This document shows positions 47,073-59,765 of a stretch of DNA of 64,000 nucleotides, piece after piece. Both the position numbers and the translations under genes were made by a program. The stretch comes from Mobula hypostoma. Taxonomy: Eukaryota. A model generated the notes under the pieces. The model searched no databases and had not been told where the DNA came from. It saw only the letters and a program-made list of their open reading frames with translations. Location: positions 100,008,001-100,072,000 of the forward strand of contig NC_086107.1 of assembly GCF_963921235.1 (NCBI RefSeq). Direction: 5' to 3'. The first letter of the stretch is position 1. Each line of letters starts with the position of its first letter.

Positions 47073-48586
47073 TTGTACCTGACTTCATCCGCCCGGTAAT
47101 TGCCATCATCTGGTAACTTACTTACAGAGAGGCCAAGGCGTTGGACCAAAGAGCAATGAATCTGAATTTTTGTGCAGCTGAAATTTCTGCACTGCATCAA
47201 ATACCTGGAATGCTGCAAGTAATCACAGTGACTTTGGTGAGAAAGAAGGCACAGTGGCGTGGGTGTGGAGAGCTATATTGTATGGGAATTTGACAATAAC
47301 ATTCACCACATTCACTGCAGAAGGTGAGCTCATACAGGAAATGCAGTCAGTGCTTGTTCTTACCCCACACTCTCGTATAAAAGTGGCTGTATCGGAACAC
47401 TGCTGTTGTAAATCCAAGGTGTGGTCAGACATGCAAACTTCCATAATAGGTGCGTTTTGCGGATCATATTTCTGCCTAACAAGCATTAAGTCATCATGTT
47501 GGTTTGTATAAACAATTTGATGGATTTGCAGATGCAGGTTATCAAAACTGTTGGAAATAATAATCAAGAGGTTAAACCAGACTTTGGGAACAAACTAAAT
47601 ATATAGTTTGCTCTCATGAACAGTTTTAATGCTTTAGGAACTAATTATCTATGTTCCCTAATGATCTCCTGTTCTGAGCAGGTATGAGGTACTAGAGTTC
47701 TAATCAATACTGTCTATTTTTTTGGAACATATTATCTGCCTGTTCATCAGGGAACCATCATAAATGATTTAATTTGCCATCTCCTGACATCCAGTCATGC
47801 ATTCTTCCAATGAATAAAGTTGGCAATTTGATTTTATCCACACCATTTACACTTCTTCTGGTAAACGATCACCGCAAACAGTAGCCTGTAACTTCCCTGT
47901 CAAAGTTGAGCTTTGAATTACCTGTACAGCCTGGCATTTTTGCGGTGGGAACTGAAATCTCGAAGGTGAAGCGTGTTTAGGCGGAATTGAGGTGGCGAGG
48001 TCCGAGTCAGAGAGCGGGGAGTAAGCCAATGGTTGGCCATTGCTGGAGTGGGGAGGCAATTCAATGCGGCAAAACTGAGGCAAGGCAAGCGAAGTCAAGG
48101 CAGAGCCTGGGCGTGAGAGTGAGGAAAGACCCATGGTTTGATCAGTTTAAGCACTGAGCTGAATTGGAAAGGTCAGATACGGGCCAAATCAAAGCAGCAG
48201 GGCTCGGGCCTGAGAGCGTATCAATGTGGCAGGACCTAGGATCGAGAGCGAGGAAGGACCCGCAATTTGGACAATTTAAGTGAAAAGGTCAGGGTGTCGG
48301 GGCCGGAGGCAAGCGTTGGGCCGATGTTCAGCTTGCTGCTCCACGAGGTTTAGTCATTCCTGCACTGAACCGAGGCTGTGGCCTGCAACTAGCTCACATT
48401 CATGAACAGTTCTGGATGCTACTTGCTTATTTTTATTGTTTGCTTGATGTGTTTTTTTTTCTCAGCACAATGAATGTTTGACAGTCTTCTTTTGTCTTAA
48501 TGGGTTCTATTGAGTCTCTTGGTTTTGTTACTGCCTGTAAGGAGACAAATCTCAAGGTTGTATAAAGTATACTTAGGTAATAAATG

Positions 48587-48816
48587 CAAACAACAGGAAT
48601 TCTGCAGATGCTGGAAATTCAAGCAACACACATCAAAGTTGCTGGTGAACGCAGCAGGTCAGGCAGCATCTCTAGGAAGAGGTGCAGTCGACGTTTCAGG
48701 CCGAGACCCTTCGTCAGGACATTTGACGAAGGGTCTCGGCCTGAAACGTCGACTGCACCTCTTCCTAGAGATGCTGCCTGGCCTGCTGCATTCACCAGCA
48801 ACTTTGATGTGTGTTG
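48587..48816. mobile_element. Fold-back Penelope terminus, 96-bp arms (94/96), 15-bp TSD
   Basis: Arms 48621-48716 and 48724-48819, loop GGACATT; TSD CTTAGGTAATAAATG (48572-48586) / CTTAGATAATAAATG (48817-48831). Confidence 0.92.
48687..48720 (-). ncRNA. Minimal type I hammerhead ribozyme motif of a Penelope terminus
   Basis: Minus strand GUC-CUGACGA-A-GGGUCUCGGCCU-GAAAC-GUC-GAC: intact core, helix II hairpin, loopless palindromic helix III (ACGU) and a 3-bp helix I. Confidence 0.6.
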
Positions 48817-49441
48817 CTTAGATAATAAATGTACTTTTGAACTTTGAACTAAAAGCAGCAAGCATAATCGTTGATTCCTTATTGTAATTCCAATCGAGAT
48901 CTGCGGTTTACATGGCAAAAACATCTTCAGTGAAATTTCATTAAGATGTCCCAAATTGTATTATTTACGCACCATCCATAAGTTAGGGGGAAACCCGATT
49001 GCAGGTAACATCAACAATGATTATTCTATGACAGACCCGAAGGATCTGCAGAATTCCTGTTGTTATCAACAACGATTATTTTGTGGCAATGATGAGTAAA
49101 TATAGAAGGGTACAATAATTATTTGGAGAATTCTAGGCATCACATTCGAAGGGGGAAAGAAACACAATTTTGGAAGAAAGTACAAAGTTAGGGAGGGTTG
49201 AAGTCATGAGGGTCTGTAATGTAAGGCAGAGATATTGAAAACAATGCATTGGATATAAGGAATAAAGACAGATAGTGATTAGTCAGTGAACTCCAGTAAA
49301 GAAGTATATTCCTTGTGAGTGGAATTTCAAAGTCTATTGAGCAATATGTATGGATAACTTGAAGTTTTGAAGAGGTATAAAGTGCAGTTTGCAGTTGAAT
49401 ACAGCATCATGGCTGGCCACCTAGAATTTAGCCCCAAAGAT

Positions 49442-50030
49442 GAGGCCTCCATTAGTCAGGGTTGACCATGGACGTTAGGTCCTAACTGTCTAGATACGCG
49501 AGCCAGGGCAGTATGATATGCAGAGCAGGCTGATGCCCATGTAGCAAGCTCCCCCTCTCCACGCATCTGACGAACCTGAAGGAAGAACAGAGACTGGTAC
49601 AGCTTGGCACCGGCAGCATCACAGGAATTGCCAGTCTGCATTGAGCACGCCTTAGGACTGCCTTAGGGACTCCAACTCCAGATTTTTCCCTCGGGGTTTA
49701 CTCCTGAAGCTTTCCCCACTCATGGGTATAGCTGCAAGGCAGCAGAAGTTTGAGCTCAGACTTTTCCTTCCCCTAGGCGAGCTGCCAACCATTGCTTATG
49801 AGTCCCATTTGCCCATAGTGACTGATTTTAAGGTGCCAGTAACATGCTTTTGTCACTTCTCCTGTCAGTAGAAATGGTTTCACCGGGCTTAGTAGCTAAA
49901 CCACACATGAAGGGCAGGAGCTGGACTTGGATATCAGAGGCTATTTGAGCAGTGCACCATTAGGAGCATTTAATAGGTAGTGGGAGCCTGTCTCCATTAC
50001 CACCCCTGGCTATAACAACCTTAAGGAACC
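49442..50030 (-). mobile_element. RTE-UTR-derived non-autonomous element
   Basis: Minus GGCAGCTCGCCTAGGGGAAGGAAAAGTCTGAGCTCAAAC resembles an RTE 5'UTR motif; the 3' part is homologous to the young SINE tail. Confidence 0.55.
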
Positions 50031-50154
50031 ATTAATTGTTAAAATATGTGGCAATATTTAATAAAATTGTTGCTCACTTAACTCTGCACAGAAAATTAAT
50101 TGAAGCAGTGTGCCTCCTGGTCTGAAAATATTGTACTTTAAAACCAAGATGGCT

Positions 50155-50328
50155 GTTAAGCTAAGATGACTTGGGTATATTTAAAGCAGAGGTTGATGGG
50201 TTTCTGATTAGTAAGGGTGTCAAATGTTATGGGGAGGAGGCAGGAAAATGGAGTTGAGAGGTAAAATAAATCAGCTGTGATCAGACTCAATGGGCTGAAT
50301 GGCCTCATTCTCCTCCTATGTTGTATGG
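50155..50328 (+). mobile_element. CR1 3' end
   Basis: ATTTAAAGCAGAGGTTGAT...GGGCTGAATGGCCTCATTCTCCTCCTATG. Confidence 0.7.
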
Positions 50329-50408
50329 CAAGGGTTCCCAACCTTTTTTTATGTCATGAACCAATACCACTAAGCAAGGGGTCCAAGAAACCCAGGTTGG
50401 GACCCCTG
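50329..50408. mobile_element. hAT-type MITE
   Basis: TIR CAAGGGTTCCCAACC / GGTTGGGACCCCTG; 8-bp flanks TTGTATGG / TCTTATGG (6/8). Confidence 0.75.
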
Positions 50409-52014
50409 TCTTATGGTCTTAATAACCTACAGACCTTGAAATTAAATAAAGTCCATTCTGAATTAACCCTCTAAAGCAATACTGAAAATGTGCTCCATTG
50501 TCAGCTACTAGAGTTCAGTAGGTTCTATGGCATCAGTTGAAATCCTGGCAGTTGATTTGGCCAATATTTTCACCAAAACAAAGCACCGATGCTTCATCTC
50601 ACTGCCGCTGCAATATACAAAATGGCTGTGATTAGGAAGCACTCAAGATCTGATCCCCATGCTGTGCTTAATGAGTTGCTGCAGCACTTAAGATGGGACA
50701 AAGAAAAGGAACCGAAGCTTTTCACACAATTGGTCCAGCAACCTCCGCTAAGGTGTCAAAAAAAACACAGAAAGCCAAAAAAATGCAACTTCTCTGTGAT
50801 CAGAACTGTGAGAAAGAATCAGCATATAAAAAAGGAACAATGGAAGAGAATGAAAATCATGAAATCAGATCCGATGAAACAAAAAAGTGGCTGTTTCTCT
50901 TCCCACAGATACTGCCTGGTCTACCGAGTGTCGCCAGTATCATCTGTCAGTATTATCTTATTTAAGATGTAGCAGTAATAAAAATATTAGCACAAGAAAT
51001 CTCTCACTTTGTGGCTGAAGCACACACAGTTGGTTGACACAGATGAAATGCCCCCCCCCCCACAGTCCCATCGCCAACCCCAGTCTTTGGATATGTAAAT
51101 AATATCTTCTCAGTAAAGGTACAGGGTTGGGAGTGAAACCTGGGCTGGAGTGAAAAATGGCGATTAAAAACTCTTTTTATTAAAAGAGAGAATTCCTTTT
51201 CTCCCCAATGTGTTTTTTTATTAGCGTTTATTTTACCTGGGTGCCCTTACATATTAAAAAAAAGTTCCAAGTTTTCTTTATAAAATTCTCTGTTTAATCT
51301 TGTTCAATTCTCTTGTCTTTTCTCATCAATGGGCCCTGAATCTATTTTCTTCCATTTATGGTCGAAAGACTGAGTATTAGGTGCTGTGGTGGGAGGGACT
51401 GTGGTTTCCTATTGCGCTAATGTTGTTCCTTTTGACAACAACCGTTTCAGAGATCAACGTAACTAACCTCTGACACAAGTTATTAGCAGGACTCTCCCAG
51501 ACTGCTAAAGACACACTGACTGCATTCTTCGCATTCTTGTTTCCCTGCAGCTGGAACCATAGGTTCTGAGGCCTCAATTCTGCCCTGTCATTGGCTCAAG
51601 TATCACCTTCACAGTTCTTTCATTTAAGTTCATTTTTTCCTTTTTAGGACAGGAGGCTCGAAAGGGTTGGTCTTATGCTGTTAGTCATTAGGAGTAGTAT
51701 GGCAGTATGGGTGTGTCATTGATGATTAATCTTTCAATTTGCCACTTTAAAAAAGACTAGGATTTCTACAGTAATCAAAAAGCAAAAGGCTGCAGCTATA
51801 CAAAATTGGAAATAAACATTATTTTATATTTTATGACACAATCAATGTCCTGGTAAAAATGTTCCAAACTATATCATGGCCAATGAGGCAAAGGTGGATG
51901 GGACACTCCCTCGCCATAAATAGCAAGTGATTAGTTGCAAGATACTTTGTAGAAGAAAGGGGAGCTAAATGTGAAAAAGCACACTTTGGAGAATCATGAA
52001 GCTTTTATTTGGCA

Positions 52015-53010
52015 ATGCATACAAAATGCTAGAGGAACCCAGCAGGTCAGGCAGCTTCTATGGGGGAAAATAAACAGATGCTGGTCAGGGCTGAGATCCT
52101 TCATCAGGACTGGAAAGGAAGGGATGGATGCCAGGATAAGAAGGTCGGGGGAATGGGAGGAGTACAAGCTGGCAGGTGATCGGTGAGCAACACACACAAA
52201 ATGCTGGAGGAACTAAGCAAGTCCGGCAGCATCCAATGGAGAGGAGTAAGCTGTTGACATTTTGGGCCAAGATCGCCATGAGTCCTGATGAACATAGCCT
52301 AAGACATAAGTTGTTTTTTCTCTCACCGTCGATGCCAGCTACCCTGCTGAGTTCCTCCAGTTATTGTGCGTGTTGTCCTAGATTTTCAGCATCTGCATAA
52401 TCTCTTGTGCCGGTGATAGGTGTGACCAGGTGGGTAGTCAGGGGAGGGGAACAATGTAAGAAGCTGGGAGGTGATAGGTAGAAGAGATAATGGGCTGACG
52501 AAGAAGGAATCTGATGGGAGTGAAGGAAGAGGGCACCAGAGGGAAAAGAATAGAAGAGGTGAGAGGGCCTCTGCAATAGGGGAAAAATAAAAAAAGGGAG
52601 CGGGAGGAACAGAGGAGAGTGATTACCAGAAGTTAAAGAAATCGATGTTCATGCCATCAGGTTGGAGTCTATCCATACAGAATATGAGGTATTGCTCCTG
52701 CAACCTGCATTTGGCGTCATCATAGCAGTAGAGGAAACCATGACAAATATGTCAGTGTGGGAATAGGACGTTGAATTGAGGTGGGCAGCCACCTGGAGAT
52801 CTTGGCTGTTGCAGCAGACAGAACAAAGGTGCTCAGTGAGGCAGTTCCTCTAATCTGTGTTGGATCTCACCAATTTAGAGGAGGCCACAAGGGAGCACTT
52901 GATACAATAAATTACCTCGTCAGCCTTGAGGTGAAGTGCAGCCTCACCTGGAAGGTCTGTTTAGTGTCCTCGGTGGTGAGGGAGAAGGGAAAGGGGTAGT
53001 GTAGCATTTG
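52015..53010 (-). mobile_element. Penelope-like element 3' part with an old fold-back terminus nested at ~52187-52410
   Basis: Minus LQEQYLIFCMDRLQPDGMNIDF and KQTFQVRLHFTS; terminal repeat at 52015-52115. Confidence 0.8.
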
Positions 53011-55290
53011 GCACGGCTGCAGGGACAAGTGGACATCTTTGACTCCCCTGTGGACTGAAGGGAAGCAACCAACAGACAACTTCAGAAGTTCTTCATCCTT
53101 TCTTGTTGGGAAAGCAACAAGAGAGCTAGAATGCAATGTACCAAATCTAAGAAAGGATGCAGAATTTGCTCTTCCTGAGGTCAATGGGATGGATGTTGAG
53201 GAAGAACTCTAAAAGGTAAAATTCCATCAAATTTCTGCCTTTATCTTGGAGTTCTGTAATCCGGAGCACACACCATGGGACAGGGTAAAGCGTACTTGAT
53301 CTCCTTCCTCCAAAAGTATTGTGAAGCAAGCTCTGTGGTCAGCCATTTTGAAGAAGAGGATAGCTCAGTCTAGTGCGTGAAGGATCTATAAATCCTTTAG
53401 TTCTGGGCGAAACAATTTGAATGGCTCAGACAACACAGCTGCCCAGAGCTTCCTGTTCTCTACTGCAGAGACAGCAGATGAGACAGTCTGAACTACCATT
53501 AACTCTAGATGAGATGATAAAATCTTTCCTTTCCCCCAAAGCAAGTAGAACTCCTGGAAGTCCCTAGTTAGCTGGGAAAGCTTATGATATCATATTGCAT
53601 ATGAAAGACAGGATCTTCAAAATTGGGATTAAGGAGCCTAGCAGGAAGAAGTGTAACAATTCCATACAACTGAGGCAATGGGCACTAAGCTACCCTATAC
53701 ATAGATAACATCTTCTGTTCAGAATCACTGTTCTCTGCAGATTAATGAGCCTCTGCGACCAGTTTGTGCCAGACTCCAGAGCCAGAGCCAATCACTGCAA
53801 AAACAAAACCATTTTATATGTCAACATGTCCAACCAATTTTATGATTATCTGAGGATGCTTGAATATGGCTCATTAGAGACGTGACATGCTATAAGAAAT
53901 GATCTAACAGTATAGCTGAAGTGAAAGAAAAAAAATGTGGTTATGTCAACAGTACTGTGGGAGGGAACCTAGTCATTAGTTGTACGGTGCTCTAGTAATT
54001 GCAAAAGGTGTAGTCTATAATTTAACTTTGTTGTTATTAAATGGGTGCAAGTATACCAACTCTCCTTTGTAGTTCATTCTTGATATGTGATTTTATAGAA
54101 TTGAGTATAGCTTTGATGACCAAAGTTTAATTTCTTCAGTATTAATTATTTAAAGGTTCAGAGGTTCTTTTATGGTCAAAGTATGTATGCAATATACAAC
54201 TCTGAGATTTGTCTTCTCCAAATAACCACGAAACAAAGAAAACCACGGAAGTCATTCAAAGAGAACCATCTTCTAAACGTTTTAGAATATTTGTAACTTA
54301 CTTAGGGCTTGTGTTATTCAACTTTCAGATAAGCACCAAAACTCATGTGGAGTAGCTCTATAACACAAGACTATATGCTACAGATATAGTCTGTATCTGT
54401 AGTATACAGATAGTATTTTTTTTCTTGATCCCAGGAACCTCACAAAGGTTGAAGGCCATATGCTGAAAGAGGCACTGAAATTGGTTGAAAGCAATACAAA
54501 AGGTAAAGCCAATGTTTTAATCAGTCTGGGATATTGAAGACTTCATCAGACTGAGAGAAGATCCACTTCAGCAGTTACCAAAGCCCTTTTCCAGTTCTCG
54601 ACAGTGAAAATGTTTAAATCTCTAGAGGCAAGGAGAAATGGGTCTGCTGATTGTCACCTCTGAGTATGACTCCATTAAGAGCTAAGAATCTGGGCATAAT
54701 GATATCAAGTGTTACCAGGTGCTACAGCTCTATTTGTCCCTGGTGTTGTGACAAGTTGCTCAGAACCCTTTCAACTGGATCGTGCTTTAATATCTGTCCA
54801 TTATACCAAAAAAACTGTGCACCTGAATGCTGGTAAATTCTATTAGATGGTCCCTCAAGTAGAGTATCAAGGTCACTTAGCTGAATGGCTCATCAGCAGA
54901 ACTTTAAAATAAGCACCAAGCCTGAGAAGGATTCACCCCATCAGGCCTGTCAAGTTAAGCAAGAGTCAGAAACCCACTTCATGCTGCCCTTGCACTGTGA
55001 CACAACATGGTGCTGTTCCCAGGGATGTGGACTTTGACAAATATTAACTTGCTGGAGAACCAGTAATGTGCAAGAGGTATTTTCTTGTTTGCCTGCAACT
55101 TTTTTTTCTCTCTTCCATTGCAAGAACCGTCCATGACTGAATGTTGTAGATTGCCACATTCCAAAATATGGGACCACATCTTTAGAGGTGCACTGATGTT
55201 TGGTGCTGCCACCACAAAGGGTCTTTGGTGAAAGGGCATAAGATCTACTGAGGGCATGGAGCACATTAATAAATACTTTCAAAGAATGTA

Positions 55291-55698
55291 CAATATTGTG
55301 CAAAAGTCTTAGGCACATTTAAAATATTCTGTGGAGCAAAGATGCTTTCAAAGATAATGAAATGAAAAGTTTCTAAATATCAAAAAAAAACTATGAAGAG
55401 CAGTAAACAGTTTTTAAAAAAAAACTAAATCAAATCAATATTTGGTGTGACCACCATTTGCCTTTAAAACAGCATCAAATCTCTTAGCTACACTATTGTG
55501 CAGTTTTATTAGACAATCAGCTGGTAAGTTGTTCCAAGCATCTTGGAGAACTTGTCGCGGTTCTTCTGCAGACTTTGGCTGTCTCGCTTGCTTCTGTCTC
55601 GCCAGATAATCGCAGACAGCCTTAATGATGTTGCGATCTGGGCTCTGTGGAGGAAACCACATAAAAAGCTAGGTGCCTAAGACTGTTGCCTTCTACTG
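55291..55698 (-). mobile_element. Internally deleted Tc1 element
   Basis: TA-flanked TIRs (CAATATTGTGCAAAAGTCTTAGGCAC / GTGCCTAAGACTGTTGCCTTCTACTG); PPQSPDRNII...QDAWNNLP...AVLKANGGHTKY*. Confidence 0.9.
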
Positions 55699-55907
55699 TA
55701 CATAAGCAAAATTAACTTTATGACCATTGTCTGAACCTCAAAAAAAAATCGGATTGTGAAGAAAGATACTGCCATTTAATTGAATACGTTGAACTTCAAA
55801 GAACAGATAAATTTTGCCCAGTGAAACTGAACTAATGCAACAGTAAATCGAAATCTAAGTCATCCTCTCCGTGTTCAGTGAGGTAACATTGCATGTGTTT
55901 CAGAGGT

Positions 55908-56232
55908 GCAAGAGATTCTGCAGATGCTGGGAATCTTGAGCAACGCACACAAAATGTTGGAGAAACTCAGCATCTGTGGAAGGAAGGAAGCAGTTGGTGT
56001 TAAGGGCCAAGACCCTTCATCAGGATTGGAAAAGAAGGGCATAGAGACACACTAAGAAGGTGGGAGTTGTAGGAGGAATATAAGCAGTGAGCCAAGTGAG
56101 GGGAAAGGTGGGCAGGGGAGGGATAAGTGGAAAAGATAAAAGGGTAAAGAAGATGAAATCTGATAGGAGAGGACTGTGGATCATGGAATAAAGGGAAGGG
56201 GGTGGGGAACCAAAGGGAGGTGATGAGAGGTG
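55908..56232 (-). mobile_element. Penelope-like terminal fragment
   Basis: CAAGAGATTCTGCAGATGCTGG...GGGCCAAGACCCTTCATCAGGA followed by a purine-rich body. Confidence 0.75.
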
Positions 56233-56444
56233 AACGTGTTTGCTCTGTGAATGTTATTCCTCTTTTGCTGTTAACACGTATAGCCGATTACCCTATCATC
56301 TACAGTAAATGTTTTGTGATACAGGCATCCTGAGAGGTTTTGCTCTCATTCCTATGGGATCTGCAATGGTCAAATCGGACTTAAATGACGACCTGCCCAG
56401 AGTATCTTTGGACTGTTTGCTAAAGTTTTTTGTTCCTGTGTCGC

Positions 56445-56835
56445 AGAATCAGAATCAGGTTTAATATCGCCGGCATATGTTGTGAAGTTTGTTAACTTTG
56501 CAGCAGTAGGGCAATACAATACATGATAAATAATGAAAAAAACTGAATTACACTCAGTATATATGTACATTAAATAGTTAAATTAAGATAAGTAGTGCAA
56601 AAACTGAAATTTTTAAAAAGTAGTGAGGCGGTGTTCATAGGTTTAATGTCCATTTAGAAATCAGATGGCAGAGGGGAAGAAGCTGTTCCTGAATCATTGA
56701 GTGTGTGCCTTCAGGCTTCTGTACCTCCTCCCTGATGGTAACAACAAGAAGAGGACACGTCATGAGTGGTGGGAATCCCTGATGATGGAAGCCACTTTTC
56801 TGAGGCACCGTTCCTTGAGCATGTCTTGGATACAA
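56445..56835 (-). mobile_element. Rex/Babar 3' fragment
   Basis: CAGAATCAGAATCAGGTTTAATATC tail; homologous to 62586-63130. Confidence 0.85.
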
Positions 56836-56995
56836 GAGAACTAACTTCATCATTGATCACCAAATGTATGTTAAGTTTTATGAAATGAAATATCCAGAGG
56901 GAAATACAAAGGATAGTTGATAATCTGACACCCACTTAATGATGGCAATCAAAGTTATTACTCCCATGTAACAGCATGATATCATGATGTAGGTC

Positions 56996-57514
56996 ATCAC
57001 TCAGCCACACTCAGGTTGGAGGAACAACACCTTATATTCCGTCTGGGTAGCCTCCAACCTGATGGCATGAACATTGACTTCTCAAACTTCCGCTAATGCC
57101 CCACTTCCCCCTCGTACCCCATCTGTTATTTATTTATATACACACATTCTTTTTTTTTCTCTCTCTCCTTTTTCTCCCTCTGTCCCTCTCACTATACCCC
57201 TTGCCCATCCTCTGGGTTTCCCCCTCCCCCTTTTCTTTCTCCCTAGGCCTCCTGTCCCATGATCCTCTCATATCCCTTTTGCCAATCAACTGTCCAGCTC
57301 TTGGCTCCATCCCTCCCCCTCCTGTCTTCTCCTATCATTTCGGATTTCCCCCTCCCCCTCCCACTTTTAAATCTCTTACTAGTTCTTCTTTCAGTTAGTC
57401 CTGACAAAGGGCCTCGGCCCGAAATGCCGACTGTACCTCTTCCTAGAGATGCTGCCTGGGCAGCAACTTTGATGTGTGTTGCTTGAAATTCCAGCATCTG
57501 CAGATTTCCTTGTG
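56996..57514 (+). mobile_element. Young 5'-truncated Penelope copy with 14-bp TSD
   Basis: RLEEQHLIFRLGSLQPDGMNIDFSNFR*; TSD TCATGATGTAGGTC at 56982-56995 and 57515-57528; same terminus subfamily as the fold-backs. Confidence 0.92.
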
Positions 57515-58481
57515 TCATGATGTAGGTCGGTAGGTTTCTCCCTCCCCACTTCCCTATCAGAATTATACCTTCTCTCCTTGCTGTGAAAGAAGTGTGGAGG
57601 GAGGTAACGATAAATCCCATTTAGTAAATGATGTAAAGGCAAACCTTGTTCCTGGATTAATAGGGAAGAGTTTAGCTACGATTTAATGACAGCTCACCAA
57701 AGTAAGCACACTCACTCTTGAATGATGCATAAGTAAATACGATCTCCAGATAATGCACACCGTGGCAGACTGACTAATGTGAACTCTGCTCTCACCTATG
57801 AACTGGTATCAACACGGTTAGAGATTTATTGTTTCGTGGAAAGGAGTTTTATTTTATCTAAAGCCTGTTTTCTTCCCTCTCAGCTAATATTGCCATGTAT
57901 TCAAGGGCGTGAAACCATCAACTGCACCTTCTTAATGTAAACTCAGTTGAAATTCTGAGGTAAAAGAATTGGTGCTTGTCACTGTGTACTCTGGCACAAC
58001 TTTAATCAATAGTACATAACTAATGTGCATCAGCTTGTGATGCAAACAATGCTCACTTCACACAGAATATCTTAAATGCTCATTGTGTACAGAGAACAAC
58101 TTGGGAAATAGTAAGTTCTTGGTTCAATATATTTGATGAATTCAGCAAAATGAGAACAAAATAAAGACGTTTATGGAATACTTCCCAGCTATCCTCCAGA
58201 GTTGGGAATAGTTTTCCCTCTGATTCTCTTTCCAATTCTGTTTAGATCCTGGGGATCTGATTACAAAGCTTCTGGCTATTCTTCAAGAATTTATATGAAA
58301 ATTTATGTTGTCAGTATTGTTCAACTGCAAAGAAAGACCACACCTGACCATAATGCTGTCTTCAGCCTAGTCATCTATAACTTACAGCAGTGATCCAAGT
58401 GTTGTTAACCTGCTAGCACACAGCCTAGGATACGCAGGGCATTTCAAGATTTAATTCTTGCTCCCTTCCCCCTCTTTTCTA

Positions 58482-59368
58482 CAGAGAGTCATAGAAGAGT
58501 ACAGCACAGAAGCAGACCCACTTGTGCTCACATGCACCACTTGTGCTGGCAGCTCTTTCCGCACTCTCAAAACCCTCTGAGAGAAGAAGCTTCTCCTCAT
58601 GTTCTCCTTAAACTTCTCACCTTTCACTCTTAACTAATGACCTCTGGTTGTAGTCCCACCCAAACTCAGTGGAAAAAGCCTGCTTGCATTTACCCTGTCT
58701 ATACCCTTCATCATTCTGCAAACCTCTACCAAATCTCTCAATCTCTAATGTTCTAAGCAATAAAGTCCTAACCTATTCAATCTTTCCTATAACTTAGGTC
58801 CTCCAGACCTGGCAACATCCTTGTAAATTTTCTCTGTACTCTTTCAACCTTATTTACATCTTTCCTGTATATAGGTGACCAGAACTGCACACAATTTTCC
58901 AAATTAGGCCCCACCAGTGCCTATACAACTTGAACATAACATCCCATCTCCTGTACTCAATACATTAATTTATGAAGGCCAATGTACCAAAAGCTTTCTT
59001 TATGGCCCTATCTACCTATGATGCCACTTCCAATGAACTATGGACTTATATTCCCAGATCCCTTGCTGTACTGCACTCCTTAGTGCCCTACCGTTCACTG
59101 TGTCAGATCTACCTTAGTTGGTCCTGCCAAAGTGCAACACCTTGCACTTGTCTGCATTAAATTCCATCTGCCATTTTTCCAGCTGATCCAGATCCTTCTG
59201 TAAGCCATGATGGCCTTCCTTGTTGTCCAGTACATCCCCAATCTTGGTGTCGTCCTCGTATTTGCTGATTCAGTTTACCACATCATCATGCAGATCATTG
59301 GTACAGATAGCAAGTGACAATAGATCCAGCACCAGTCGCTGGGGCACTCCACTAAACATAGGCCTCCT
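58482..59368 (-). mobile_element. CR1 ORF2 3' remnant
   Basis: GGTGACCAGAACTGCACACAA (minus CVQFWSP) and ATTCCATCTGCCA (minus WQMEF). Confidence 0.85.
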
Positions 59369-59434
59369 GTTACTTGTCAATTCTTCTTTTGTAGATGAGG
59401 GCTCAACTTTGTTTCCTCTCTGTAGGTGGAGATC

Positions 59435-59765
59435 ATGGTAGCCTAGTGGTTAGCATAAAGCTTTACAGCACCAGTGATCACTGATTGGGATTCAATTCCC
59501 ACCACTGTCTGTAAATAGTTTATACATTTTCCCCGTGACTGTGTGGGTTTCCTCTGGGTGCTCCAGTTTGCTCCCATATTTCAAAGACTTACAGTTATGG
59601 TTAGGAGTAGTGAGTTGTGAGCATCCTATGTTGGTGTGGGAAGCGTGGGGTCACTTGTGGGCTGCCCCAGTACAATCCTCGGACTGTGTTGGTTGTTGAC
59701 GCAAATGACACTTTTCACTGCATGATTCGAAGTTTCAATGTACATGTGGCAAATAAAGCTAATCT
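59435..59765 (+). mobile_element. V-SINE
   Basis: GGTAGCCTAGTGGTTAGC, GATTCAATTCCC and V-domain CCCCGTGACTGTGTGGGTTTCCTCTGGGTGCTCC. Confidence 0.8.

Larger units (their letters stand above)
47940..48850 (+). mobile_element. Unclassified GC-rich dispersed repeat with AATAAATGTACTTTTGAACTTTGAACT tail; hosts a Penelope fold-back
   Basis: Internal GAGAGCGAGGAA-type subrepeats and a Rex-like short-repeat tail. Confidence 0.5.

Noticed and set aside
50589..50972. 127-aa Lys-rich ORF
   Set aside because: No homology recognised; the 3' half is A-rich low complexity and runs into a Penelope-terminus remnant.
53030..53300. Protein-like plus-strand reading (..KDAEFALPEVNGMDVEEEL*)
   Set aside because: It is short, has no supporting splice structure and matches no recognisable family.
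54374..54407. Small hairpin CTACAGATATAG-TCTGTATCTGTAG
   Set aside because: Short AT-rich quasi-palindrome with no evidence of function.
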